A stretch of 64,000 nt of DNA from an uncultured Bifidobacterium sp. (GTDB lineage: Bacteria > Bacteroidota > Bacteroidia > UKL13-3). The position numbers and the translations under genes were made by a program. Shown here in pieces: positions 29,701-39,204 of the stretch. The stretch covers positions 1,166 to 65,165 of the forward strand of contig CAYTWI010000007.1 in NCBI GenBank assembly GCA_964442045.1, written 5' to 3'. How positions within the stretch are numbered: the stretch's first letter is position 1; each line of letters opens with the position of its first letter. The notes beneath the pieces are model-generated. The model had not been told where the DNA came from. It was given only the letters and a program-made list of their open reading frames with translations, and did no database searches.

Positions 29701-31414
29701 AATGCTTAGTTCCTGATGGCCTGATTTGCGTGATTGTAGTATTATTTATGCCAATACTTCTTATTAAGTTACCATTTGAATTCAAATGAGTTAAATAAGA
29801 GTTACCATTTTCAGATTCAACCAAAACTAAATCGTTTTGAAATACTTTTGTAACGGATTTAGGAGTTCTACTAAAATATCTACTCCAAACTTTGGTAAAA
29901 TCAGCAGTTGTTTTTAATAGAAAACCGATATTAGGCGAGTTGATGCTTGTGTAACTGTTAAAGCTATAATCAATTTTTTCAGAAGAGCCACTCATGTATA
30001 CATTATTTGACGAATCAAGTGTGATGGTATTTAGTTCTGCATTTATAGCTGCATTCGAAGCTGGAGATATACTGCTGAATTGAAAATTATGTCCGAAGAA
30101 TTTTTTAACTCTACCGTATGCACATGCTTTTTCTGCAATATAGGTTGAGCCACTAGTCCAATAACCTTTTTTTAAAGTATATCCGACAAAATAGAGATAG
30201 TTATTGGTTCCAACAGCAATGTCAAGTATTTCCTCATCATAGGATACAGAAAAGTTACTCGTCCAGAATTTTGTTCCATTGGTATTAAATCTTGCAACAA
30301 TTGCCTTACTATTAGCATCTGCTCCGGCTTGAATAGAAGGAGATCTGGTCGACCCTCCAATGTAAACATTTAAAGAATCATCAATAACAATACTGTAGGA
30401 GAAATCGTTTCCGGAGCCACCATAATAAGTTGCCCATAATAATTGCCCGTTTTCACTGTGCTTGCTTATAAAAATGTCGCTACCGGCTACATATGTATTC
30501 TGATAAGCGCCTGAAGTAGCAATATTATTAGATGAATAAGTTATTCCCGTAGTATAAATATTATTTAATGAATCTGTTGTTACATCATATGCAAAGTCTT
30601 GCATGGCACCTCCAAAATAAGTAGCCCAGGGAGTTGGGTCTATAATAAAGGTTTTTGTTATGTTATAGTCAGGTGCTTCAATTCCAAACAAATTGTTCCC
30701 TATTTCCTTAAAATGAGCTAGAATAGAACTTTCTTTACCATTTGTAATTTGGAAACTATATGGAATTTTTTCTTCAATAATACCCAAAGCACTTACAATA
30801 CTAATATTACCTTCTTTGTTAATATTAGAACTATTGGCTCCCAGTATTTTTAATTTAATATTATTGATAGTGGCACCCGGATGTAAAATAAAATTGTACT
30901 TAAATCCAGACTTTGTATTGTTATCACTTAATACAAATTCAACATCAATATTCGGGTATACGTTTCTATATAAAACCTTATTAAAATGATTCACTTCCTG
31001 TATTCCATCACTACCCACACCTGTGGTATAAAAATTAACCATGCTGTTTTTGGCTAGAAGCGGAACAATTTCTAAATCAGACGAAGCTCCTTCAAAAACT
31101 ATATCTATTCTATGGGATTCAATAATAAAGTTAAAACTATCGTTGGGGTTTTTACTAATGGTAGTTAAATTGGAAAAATCTTTTAAAACCTTATTGCTTT
31201 TGTAAAGCTCATAGGAAAATCCCTCATTTTTAAGTTGTACATTAAGACCATTACTATTATACAAGTATTTAACTGCAGTATTAGGTTGATTATTTTGATC
31301 AATTATTTGACCATTATTTTTAATAAAACCAAACTGTGATTTACTGATGGCGCTTAAATTACATAAAAAAAATACAATGATAATGTTGATAGCATGTAAA
31401 CACTTTTTTTTCAT
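26741..31414 (-). CDS. 1557-aa secreted multi-domain protein with beta-propeller (SBBP-like) repeats, PKD/Ig-like modules and a T9SS C-terminal sorting domain
   Basis: Signal peptide, repeated ...YGGSGxDxxxSI... propeller-type repeats, several about 90-aa beta-sandwich modules ending ...C.DSI.K.I.V, and a C-terminal KVYPNPFVNDVTIE...GIYHLKV tail typical of T9SS CTDs. Confidence 0.75.
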   Translation of the reverse strand: MKKKCLHAINIIIVFFLCNLSAISKSQFGFIKNNGQIIDQNNQPNTAVKYLYNSNGLNVQLKNEGFSYELYKSNKVLKDFSNLTTISKNPNDSFNFIIESHRIDIVFEGASSDLEIVPLLAKNSMVNFYTTGVGSDGIQEVNHFNKVLYRNVYPNIDVEFVLSDNNTKSGFKYNFILHPGATINNIKLKILGANSSNINKEGNISIVSALGIIEEKIPYSFQITNGKESSILAHFKEIGNNLFGIEAPDYNITKTFIIDPTPWATYFGGAMQDFAYDVTTDSLNNIYTTGITYSSNNIATSGAYQNTYVAGSDIFISKHSENGQLLWATYYGGSGNDFSYSIVIDDSLNVYIGGSTRSPSIQAGADANSKAIVARFNTNGTKFWTSNFSVSYDEEILDIAVGTNNYLYFVGYTLKKGYWTSGSTYIAEKACAYGRVKKFFGHNFQFSSISPASNAAINAELNTITLDSSNNVYMSGSSEKIDYSFNSYTSINSPNIGFLLKTTADFTKVWSRYFSRTPKSVTKVFQNDLVLVESENGNSYLTHLNSNGNLIRSIGINNTTITQIRPSGTKHFIVSGYTSNNYNLSTPNAFQKNHANAFEYLNTNNDAVLIKYDSSGNKIWGTYFGASCNDYANSLAISKSNQVVLIGNTNSTTKISTPMAANTIFSGGEDAFIMLFNDSGYLNGINNNIITCYNKLCSTTDTVTLTGSTPGGVSGSVNYLWLKSTLGADTGYAAAPGINNTKDYKLTNNTAAWYKRVVINGTNKDTSLFKRIDFMQHPGGGFLLSKNTICQTSSTLFTDTSTFSRSKIEMIASPATGSYNGNLTFQDTGIFSIKLINHNNGCIDTISKNVTVQSKPFVGFTINKDIQFLNNNSFQLNDTSTFAGLSSVRSWSFSKNNADTSNLKMPVKTYNALGYNFIKLKVVGNNLCSDSITKQVAVCKNIENNTIKSETQNCNSSTILGSAPIGGFTTLNEDFSDFNALPNGWFSANMLQATYHNLYYGSPQGPWIPNYNVVNSYGRTDPKGALYANSYYYSYLESPIFTKTKNGVTVKFDIYDNVAEHKYNLVPMQYDTVVLWAKLNGDYQIVRRYGGNEILSRIRGNQSGFLPPDSINWKTFETILPMGTTQIKFTFYQGVNYFGNNRTYIDRIILDTVTQKSVSWLSSSSLNGTYLPATGTISGNNFISNTPGSNFYKRVYNTGEISDTTEAVLINIYPKPTALFTTSDSLQCLNGNKFNFTNNSTIATGGSITKYLWKLGNGDTSSSTSIINKTYKAAGNYTVKLIASTNNNCTDSIAKNIRVYPNPKIGYISTKQLGSTTKITFVDTTSNVKNRLWTFDKLITDTAKISIQKVLSGSLIMVKLLVMSKDGCSDSISNMIRTLPVTWLKIAAKRVLETEAAITWSTGSEINNSHFEIESSSDFKNWKTIGKVTGNGNSNMVRDYQFIDKEAIHPIIHYRIKQVDFDGNYEYSNIVNISSEIAMSTNIKVYPNPFVNDVTIEQLEYDYSNTAYLYDNTGKLIQQFHLYSNMENLIISDLLSPGIYHLKVNGTTSKITKIENK

Positions 31415-31680
31415 TAGGGCTAAATTTCCGACTAAATTATAGTGTATGGGCTATTAAAGTATTTTATTTATTTGGGTTGCACGAAAGTGAATTTATAAAC
31501 GTAACAATTTATACCAACAGCTGTTAGGCTTATATTATTGAAGAATAATTAATAGGTTTAACGCTCGTATAGAAGTAAAAGCAGTTGACATAAATAATAT
31601 AATAATTCTTTTTATCACAAAGTACTCTTTCAATTCCCAAAAATGCCCATATATTTACCAACTGAAATACCATTAACAAC

Positions 31681-32424
31681 ATGAAGTTTTTTCAGCATTT
31701 TGGTGAGTATTTATTGTTTTTAAAAGCAGTATTTACCAAGCCCGAAAAAAGTAAAATATTTATAAAGCAGATTTTTACCGAAAGTAATAACATCGGAGTA
31801 GGCTCATTTGCTATTATATCATTAATCAGTTCATTTATAGGTGCTGTTTCTACTATTCAAATTGGTTACCAGTTAGTGAGCGGAATTTTACCAGATTACC
31901 TAATTGGCCGTATTGTACGCGACAGTAATATTTTAGAATTTGCACCTACCGTAACCGCACTAGTACTGGCAGGAAAAGTGGGTAGTAATATAGCCTCAGA
32001 AATTGGTACCATGAAAGTTACCGAGCAAATAGATGCCTTGGAAATTATGGGTATAAATGCTGCCAATTATACTTCATTAGCCAAAATTATATCAGGCATT
32101 TTAACCATACCCATGTTAGTTTTGTACGCTATGTTATTAAGCCTAATAGGAGGGGCTATTTCAGGCTGGGCATCAGGAATTATAAGCGTTGAAAGTTTTG
32201 TGAAAGGATTAAGAACAGATTTTATGGGGTACAACCTCGTTTTTGCCCTGACCAAAGCATACACCTTTTCATTTTTAATTACTTCCGTTTCGGCTTTTCA
32301 GGGCTTCAGAACGCAGGGAGGAGCATTAGAAGTGGGAGAGAGTAGTACAAAAGCAGTGGTATACAGTTGTATGAGTATTATATTTTTTGATTATATCATT
32401 TCACAATTAATGTTATTCAAATGA
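31681..32424 (+). CDS. mlaE: MlaE-like ABC transporter permease
   Basis: 247 aa with five or six TM segments and typical MlaE/Ttg2B layout. It overlaps the following ATPase gene (ATGA). Confidence 0.65.
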   Translation: MKFFQHFGEYLLFLKAVFTKPEKSKIFIKQIFTESNNIGVGSFAIISLISSFIGAVSTIQIGYQLVSGILPDYLIGRIVRDSNILEFAPTVTALVLAGKVGSNIASEIGTMKVTEQIDALEIMGINAANYTSLAKIISGILTIPMLVLYAMLLSLIGGAISGWASGIISVESFVKGLRTDFMGYNLVFALTKAYTFSFLITSVSAFQGFRTQGGALEVGESSTKAVVYSCMSIIFFDYIISQLMLFK

Positions 32425-33149
32425 TAAAATTAGAAAACATCAATAAAACATTTGGTACCAAACAAGTACTTAAAAATATATCGGCCAATTTCTATACCGG
32501 TAAGTGTAATTTCGTAATAGGGGCAAGTGGTGGAGGTAAATCTGTACTAATGAAATGTATGGTGGGCCTAGTTAAGCCTGAAACAGGCAGCATTATGTTT
32601 GATGAGAGGAATTTTTTAAAGCTTAACTACAAAGAGAAAATAAACGTAAGAAAAGACATAGGCATGTTGTTTCAGAATACAGCCCTGTTCGATTCATTGA
32701 ATGTAGAAGATAATGTGGCTTTTCCTTTGAGGATGTTTACCGATTTTTCAGAAGAGCAAATTATAGAAAGAGTAAACTTCTGTTTAAGCAGAGTAAACCT
32801 GGTAAATGTGAATAAACTGTTCCCTTCCAATATTTCAGGAGGTCAAAAAAAACGTGTCGGTATTGCCCGTGCTATAGCATTAAATCCTAAATATTTATTT
32901 TGTGATGAACCTAATTCCGGCCTTGATCCGTTAACCAGCCGAGTGATAGATGAACTGATTAAAGATATAACCAAAGAGTACAATATAACCACCATTATAA
33001 ATACCCACGATATGAAGAGTCTTTTTGTTATGGGAGAGAACATAGTGTTTATTCACCAGGGGCAAAAATGGTGGGAAGGTGAAAAAGAAGGTATACGCTC
33101 TTCAGGAAATAGAGAACTATTGGCTTTTATGGAAGCCAGTGAATTTTAA
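32421..33149 (+). CDS. mlaF: MlaF-like ABC transporter ATP-binding protein
   Basis: Walker A GASGGGKS, signature ISGGQKKR, Walker B LFCDEP. Confidence 0.7.
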   Translation: MIKLENINKTFGTKQVLKNISANFYTGKCNFVIGASGGGKSVLMKCMVGLVKPETGSIMFDERNFLKLNYKEKINVRKDIGMLFQNTALFDSLNVEDNVAFPLRMFTDFSEEQIIERVNFCLSRVNLVNVNKLFPSNISGGQKKRVGIARAIALNPKYLFCDEPNSGLDPLTSRVIDELIKDITKEYNITTIINTHDMKSLFVMGENIVFIHQGQKWWEGEKEGIRSSGNRELLAFMEASEF

Positions 33150-33219
33150 ATAACATTTTAAATGTTATTTATTCAATTATAATTAGTTTACTTTGCTTTA
33201 AGGTTTTCCAATTTTTAAA

Positions 33220-35262
33220 ATGAATCGGTACAGAGTAATAATTTTAAGTGTACATAAACAAATAAAAATAGGGGTACTTTTAGTAGTTTTATTTTTTAGT
33301 TACTCACGCTTAATAGCTCAGGAAAACAATGCGCTATTTGATAGCTTAAGAGAGGAAACCCGAAAAAATTATTTTTCAGGAAATTTCGAAAAAGCATTTA
33401 AAATAAATGACTACATTCTCAAATTAGCCATTGAGAAAAAAGAAAAAAAGTATCATATCTACGCTTTGAATACTTTCATGCACTATTACATTAATGAAAG
33501 TAAATACCTGCCTGCCTTTAATGCCTCAGAAGAGGCCATAAGTATTGCAAAAGAAATAAAAAACGACACACTTTTAGCATATTTATATATTTATAGAAGC
33601 CAGTTATTGGCAAAAATAAATAATACAGATGGTGCCATAACCTATTTACTAAAAGCAAAAAGAATCTTAACCAAATTTGATGATAATGAGAGCTCATTAT
33701 TACTTAATTCAACCCTTGCTTTATTTTATTACAACCAAAAAGAGTACTCAAAAGCAATAGAACATTTTAAATTAGCATTGGAACAATATGCTAAAAAGAA
33801 AGATACCTATAATTATAGAGCTTCTTTTGATAATATAGGTTTATGTTACAGAAATTTAGGGAACTATGATTTAGCGGAATTTTATTTTAAACAAGCCATT
33901 CATTTTGCCAAGCTTTTTAAATCAGATATAGGTGAAGTAAATGCTAATATTAATTTAGCCATCAATTATTCATTACAAAAAGAGTTTAATAGAGCCATTA
34001 CTATAAGCAATTACACGGTTAATCTTATTCAAAATAATAAGATTACCGATAACTACTTAATTGAAATAAGTACCCAGCTGGCTAAAATATATTTAGAAAA
34101 GAAAGACTTGAAAAGGCTTGATTCTGTTATGAATAAGCTAGGTAAACTGTTTCATGATGATAAGGTAATAAGCGAACAAAGGCTTAACTATCTGGAGGTT
34201 TTATATAAACGCAATAAAATGGCTAAAAGCCCCAATTATGTGCACGATTTTGAGAATTTCATTGCAATAAAAGATTCATTAGAAGAGCTTAAAAAAGTGA
34301 AGCTGGATAGTGGAGTAATTAATAGATATGAAATAGCTGAAAAGCTTGAAAAATATAACGATATAGAACAAAATTTAAAAATAGAAAAGATTGAAAAAAC
34401 ATGGGCCATTTATCTAATCATTATCATTTCAATAGCAGTTATTATTTTATCATATTTAATTTATAAAGCCCAAAAAAATATAAAAAGTGCCAATTTACTA
34501 AAAGAAGAAATTACCAAAAAGAATAAAGAGCTGGAAGTTTTAAACAAGCAAAAAGATTATATACTGGCTACAGTAGCAAATGATTTGAAAGGCCCGATAG
34601 GCAGCATAAGCAGTATTACGAGCTTTATAGAAGAAGAAACTCTTTTAAGCGAAGACAATAAAAACTTTATCAGGCTTATTAATCAAAGTGTAGATTTGTC
34701 ATTAAATATAATCAATGATTTAGTTGATGCAATAGCTTTAGACAATAAAACAATGTTACTAAAGCAAGATAAAATTGTACTGAAAGAAGTAATTGAAACG
34801 GTGCTTAAAATGTTGCAGGCACAGATAAATAAAAAAGAAATTGTAATACACACCGATTATTTTAATGGACTGGAGATAAAAGGAGACAAGAATCTAATAA
34901 TAAGAGTGTTTTTTAATATCATATCAAACGCAGTTAAGTTTGGACGAAATAATACAGAAATAGCCATTGAAACCATTTTGTTTGATGAAAATAATGTGCT
35001 GATAAAAATTATTGATAACGGAATAGGAATAGGAGAAGAGCATTTAGCTGCTATTTTCGAACCCTTTACATCATTATCAAAAAAAGGTACTGCAGGTGAA
35101 AAATCAACAGGTTTAGGACTGTCAATTTGTAAAAAAATAGTAGAGCTACACCATGGCCGGATTTGGGTTGAAAGTAAATTAGACGAAGGTTCTACATTTA
35201 ATGTGGTATTGCCATTAAATTATTTAAATCAGATTTTAAAAAGTATCCCGGTTAACTTTTAG
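33220..35262 (+). CDS. TPR-repeat sensor kinase-like protein lacking the conserved phospho-acceptor His
   Basis: Signal/anchor, about 350 aa of TPR repeats, one TM (WAIYLIIIISIAVIILSYLIY), a coiled coil, a DHp-like helix ATVANDLKGPI (Asn codon AAT at 34579..34581 where His is expected), and intact N (NIISNAVKF), G1 (DNGIGI) and G2 (GLGLSI) boxes. Confidence 0.8.
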   Translation: MNRYRVIILSVHKQIKIGVLLVVLFFSYSRLIAQENNALFDSLREETRKNYFSGNFEKAFKINDYILKLAIEKKEKKYHIYALNTFMHYYINESKYLPAFNASEEAISIAKEIKNDTLLAYLYIYRSQLLAKINNTDGAITYLLKAKRILTKFDDNESSLLLNSTLALFYYNQKEYSKAIEHFKLALEQYAKKKDTYNYRASFDNIGLCYRNLGNYDLAEFYFKQAIHFAKLFKSDIGEVNANINLAINYSLQKEFNRAITISNYTVNLIQNNKITDNYLIEISTQLAKIYLEKKDLKRLDSVMNKLGKLFHDDKVISEQRLNYLEVLYKRNKMAKSPNYVHDFENFIAIKDSLEELKKVKLDSGVINRYEIAEKLEKYNDIEQNLKIEKIEKTWAIYLIIIISIAVIILSYLIYKAQKNIKSANLLKEEITKKNKELEVLNKQKDYILATVANDLKGPIGSISSITSFIEEETLLSEDNKNFIRLINQSVDLSLNIINDLVDAIALDNKTMLLKQDKIVLKEVIETVLKMLQAQINKKEIVIHTDYFNGLEIKGDKNLIIRVFFNIISNAVKFGRNNTEIAIETILFDENNVLIKIIDNGIGIGEEHLAAIFEPFTSLSKKGTAGEKSTGLGLSICKKIVELHHGRIWVESKLDEGSTFNVVLPLNYLNQILKSIPVNF

Positions 35263-35323
35263 CGTGTTTTCAGGCATGTTACAACTTGTATTGTAGCATG
35301 TGGACAAACATTGAAAACCTTCA

Positions 35324-36472
35324 TTGGCAAAAAACTTAAAAAAGTTTACTTTTGCCAAAACCCAAACCACCTTGAATAAGTTAATTAATAAATTTCCTGC
35401 AGTGTTACTTTTAGCCGATGGCACTGTATTTAAAGGCACTTCTATTGGTAAAATTGGTACAACAGTTGGTGAAATATGCTTTAACACAGGCATGACCGGC
35501 TACCAGGAAGTATTTACCGACCCTAGTTATTTTGGACAAATTTTAGTAGAAACCAACGTTCATATTGGTAATTATGGTGTACATAATGACGAAATTGAAA
35601 GCAGCAATATAAAAATTGCCGGTTTAGTTTGTAAAAGTTTTAATGTAGTCCACGACAGAAAGCAAGCCTCGCAAACCATCCAGGAATATTTTGCATTAAA
35701 TAATCTGGTAGGAATAGCCGATGTAGATACAAGGGCTATTGTTAGACATATTCGTCAGAAAGGTGCAATGAATTGCATTATTTCATCAGAAGAAAAAACA
35801 ATAGAAGAATTGAAGGCTGAGCTAGACAAAGCTCCTTCCATGGAAGGTTTAGAACTTTCAAGTAAAGTTTCAACTCCTGAAACCTACTATGTAGGTGATG
35901 AAAATGCTGCCCGAAGAGTAGCAGTACTTGATTTAGGGGTAAAACAAAATATATTACGTTGCTTAGTTGAAAGAGATAATTATCTGGCTGTTTTTAATTG
36001 TAAAACATCATTTGAAGAAATGATGAAATTTAAACCTGACGGTTTTATGATATCAAACGGTCCTGGCGACCCAAGTGTTATGCCATACGCGGTAGATACG
36101 GTTAAACAAATTGTTGATGCCGGAGTCCCATTGTTTGGTATTTGTTTAGGACACCAGATATTGGCCGAAAGTCAGGGATTAGAAACCTTTAAAATGCATA
36201 ACGGACACAGAGGCTTAAATCATCCGGTAAAAAATTTAATAACCGGGTTAAGCGAAATTACTTCACAAAACCATGGTTTTGCTGTTAAAGCAAATGATGT
36301 AACTAATAATGATAACATAGAAGTAACACATATTAACTTAAACGATAATACCATAGAAGGTATAAAACTGAAAAACAAAAAGGCCTTTTCAGTACAATAC
36401 CACCCGGAGGCTGCACCAGGCCCTCACGATAGCAGGTATTTATTCGATGATTTTGTGAGAATAATGAATTAA
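35324..36472 (+). CDS. carA: Carbamoyl-phosphate synthase small (glutaminase) subunit
   Basis: LLLADGTVFKG start region, GICLGHQ catalytic Cys, QYHPEA. The 5' end is uncertain: there is no in-frame ATG, and the candidates are TTG 35324, TTG 35372 and GTG 35402. Confidence 0.85.
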   Translation: MAKNLKKFTFAKTQTTLNKLINKFPAVLLLADGTVFKGTSIGKIGTTVGEICFNTGMTGYQEVFTDPSYFGQILVETNVHIGNYGVHNDEIESSNIKIAGLVCKSFNVVHDRKQASQTIQEYFALNNLVGIADVDTRAIVRHIRQKGAMNCIISSEEKTIEELKAELDKAPSMEGLELSSKVSTPETYYVGDENAARRVAVLDLGVKQNILRCLVERDNYLAVFNCKTSFEEMMKFKPDGFMISNGPGDPSVMPYAVDTVKQIVDAGVPLFGICLGHQILAESQGLETFKMHNGHRGLNHPVKNLITGLSEITSQNHGFAVKANDVTNNDNIEVTHINLNDNTIEGIKLKNKKAFSVQYHPEAAPGPHDSRYLFDDFVRIMN

Positions 36473-36538
36473 AAACCAACGATTTTAGCATTTTAGTAAT
36501 AACAATACATAATAAACTTAACTTAAAAAATTAAATAA

Positions 36539-37834
<1,296 letters not shown>

Positions 37835-37875
37835 AGCGATTATAATTGGTATTTTTCTTAGTTTAAATTTAAAAA

Positions 37876-38175
37876 ATGCAAAAACTGGTACTCAAATATT
37901 ATAAATACTTAATAAACAAATATGCTATTGCAATTGGTGTGTTTTTGTTTGTTTTGTTATTTAGTGATAGAAATGGACTGGTAAACCAATGGGAACAGAA
38001 AGCTAAGTATAATAAGGTTTTAGAAGAAAATAAGTATTTTAAAACAGAAATAGAAAAACTGAATAAGGATTACGTTAACCTGTTTTCAAATGCAAAGAAT
38101 CTAGAAAAATATGCACGCGAAAAATATTTAATGAAACGTGATGATGAGGATGTTTTTATTATTGTAAAAAAATAG
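37876..38175 (+). CDS. Septum formation initiator (FtsB/DivIC-like) protein
   Basis: 99 aa with one N-terminal TM followed by a coiled coil (ENKYFKTEIEKLNKD). Its position after eno is typical. Confidence 0.6.
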   Translation: MQKLVLKYYKYLINKYAIAIGVFLFVLLFSDRNGLVNQWEQKAKYNKVLEENKYFKTEIEKLNKDYVNLFSNAKNLEKYAREKYLMKRDDEDVFIIVKK

Positions 38176-38206
38176 TTTGTATTTTTATTTGATAATCTTA
38201 CATTTG
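38176..38206 (+). promoter_or_regulatory. Bacteroidota sigma-A type promoter (TTTG-N19-TAnnTTTG)
   Basis: TTTG at 38176..38179 and TACATTTG at 38199..38206, 19 nt apart and 30 nt upstream of the rpsU ATG. Confidence 0.5.
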
Positions 38207-38236
38207 CAAGCCCAATGAAGGGAGGTGTAAAGGGAT

Positions 38237-38431
38237 ATGATATATATTAACGTAAAAGAAAACGAATCATTAGACAAAGCGCTAAAAAAATTCAAAAAGA
38301 AGTTTGAAAAAACTGGTGTTGTTAAGGAATTACGCGCTCGTCAATCATTTGTAAAACCATGTATTCAAAATCGTATGCAAAACATTCGTGCAGCATATAA
38401 ACAAAAAATGCAGCAACAAATTGAAGCATAA
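38237..38431 (+). CDS. rpsU: 30S ribosomal protein S21
   Basis: MIYINVKENESLDKALKKFKKKFEKTGVVKELRARQSFVKP. 64 aa. Confidence 0.9.
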   Translation: MIYINVKENESLDKALKKFKKKFEKTGVVKELRARQSFVKPCIQNRMQNIRAAYKQKMQQQIEA

Positions 38432-38458
38432 TTAATAGCTGATTTTAGTAAAAATTAC

Positions 38459-38497
38459 AAAAGCCCATTTTTTAAATGGGCTTTTTGTTTGTTTTTT
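38459..38497 (+). terminator. Rho-independent terminator
   Basis: AAAAGCCCATTT / AAATGGGCTTTT stem followed by a T-rich tract. Confidence 0.75.
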
Positions 38498-38538
38498 CAA
38501 TAAAAATTGTACATTATTGCTTTCTAAAATATTTATAA

Positions 38539-39108
38539 ATGAAAAAAACACTCATCACTATTATTACTCTTTCAGTTATTTTATTCAGTTCTTGCGAAGA
38601 AAAGAAAACAACATCTCCGACAACTACCACCACCACATCAACAACTAGCACTACTTCAACAACTAGTACTAACGGCAGTGGTCAATATATAAAAGGCACT
38701 TTTGGTGGTCAAACCATTGATTTTACCTCATTTTTGGCAGAAAGGTCAAATACAACAGAAGCTAATGCCACATTAACCATTATTGGTAGCAAAAGCGGAA
38801 CGGAACAATTACCGAGGTTGGAAATTTCATTGGAACACCCGGGTACAAGCTGGCCTAATGATTTAAGTTATGTGTTAAATTCATTGAATACCAACTATTT
38901 TAGATATTTTCAAAACAATACTATTTACCATACAACCAGTATTTTAGATCCTCAGGAGGGTTCTTTTAATATTAACTTTACTAAATGTAACTTTGCTCCA
39001 AATGGTATTATATCTGGTACATTTAGTGGTTTATTGGCTATTGAAACCGATACAACTAAAATGAAAGTTGAAAATGGTTCATTCAATATTCAGTTAAACG
39101 ATAAATAA
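38539..39108 (+). CDS. Hypothetical lipoprotein with Thr/Ser-rich linker
   Basis: Lipobox LFSSC, then TTSPTTTTTTSTTSTTSTTSTNGSG, then a beta-rich domain of about 140 aa. Confidence 0.6.
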   Translation: MKKTLITIITLSVILFSSCEEKKTTSPTTTTTTSTTSTTSTTSTNGSGQYIKGTFGGQTIDFTSFLAERSNTTEANATLTIIGSKSGTEQLPRLEISLEHPGTSWPNDLSYVLNSLNTNYFRYFQNNTIYHTTSILDPQEGSFNINFTKCNFAPNGIISGTFSGLLAIETDTTKMKVENGSFNIQLNDK

Positions 39109-39204
39109 ATATTCTTAAATAAAAGACTATTTATTTCGTTTGTAGATAACATAGCCAATTTCATTTATCCGAAATTGCTATTTTTGATTTCTTTATAAAA
39201 ATTA

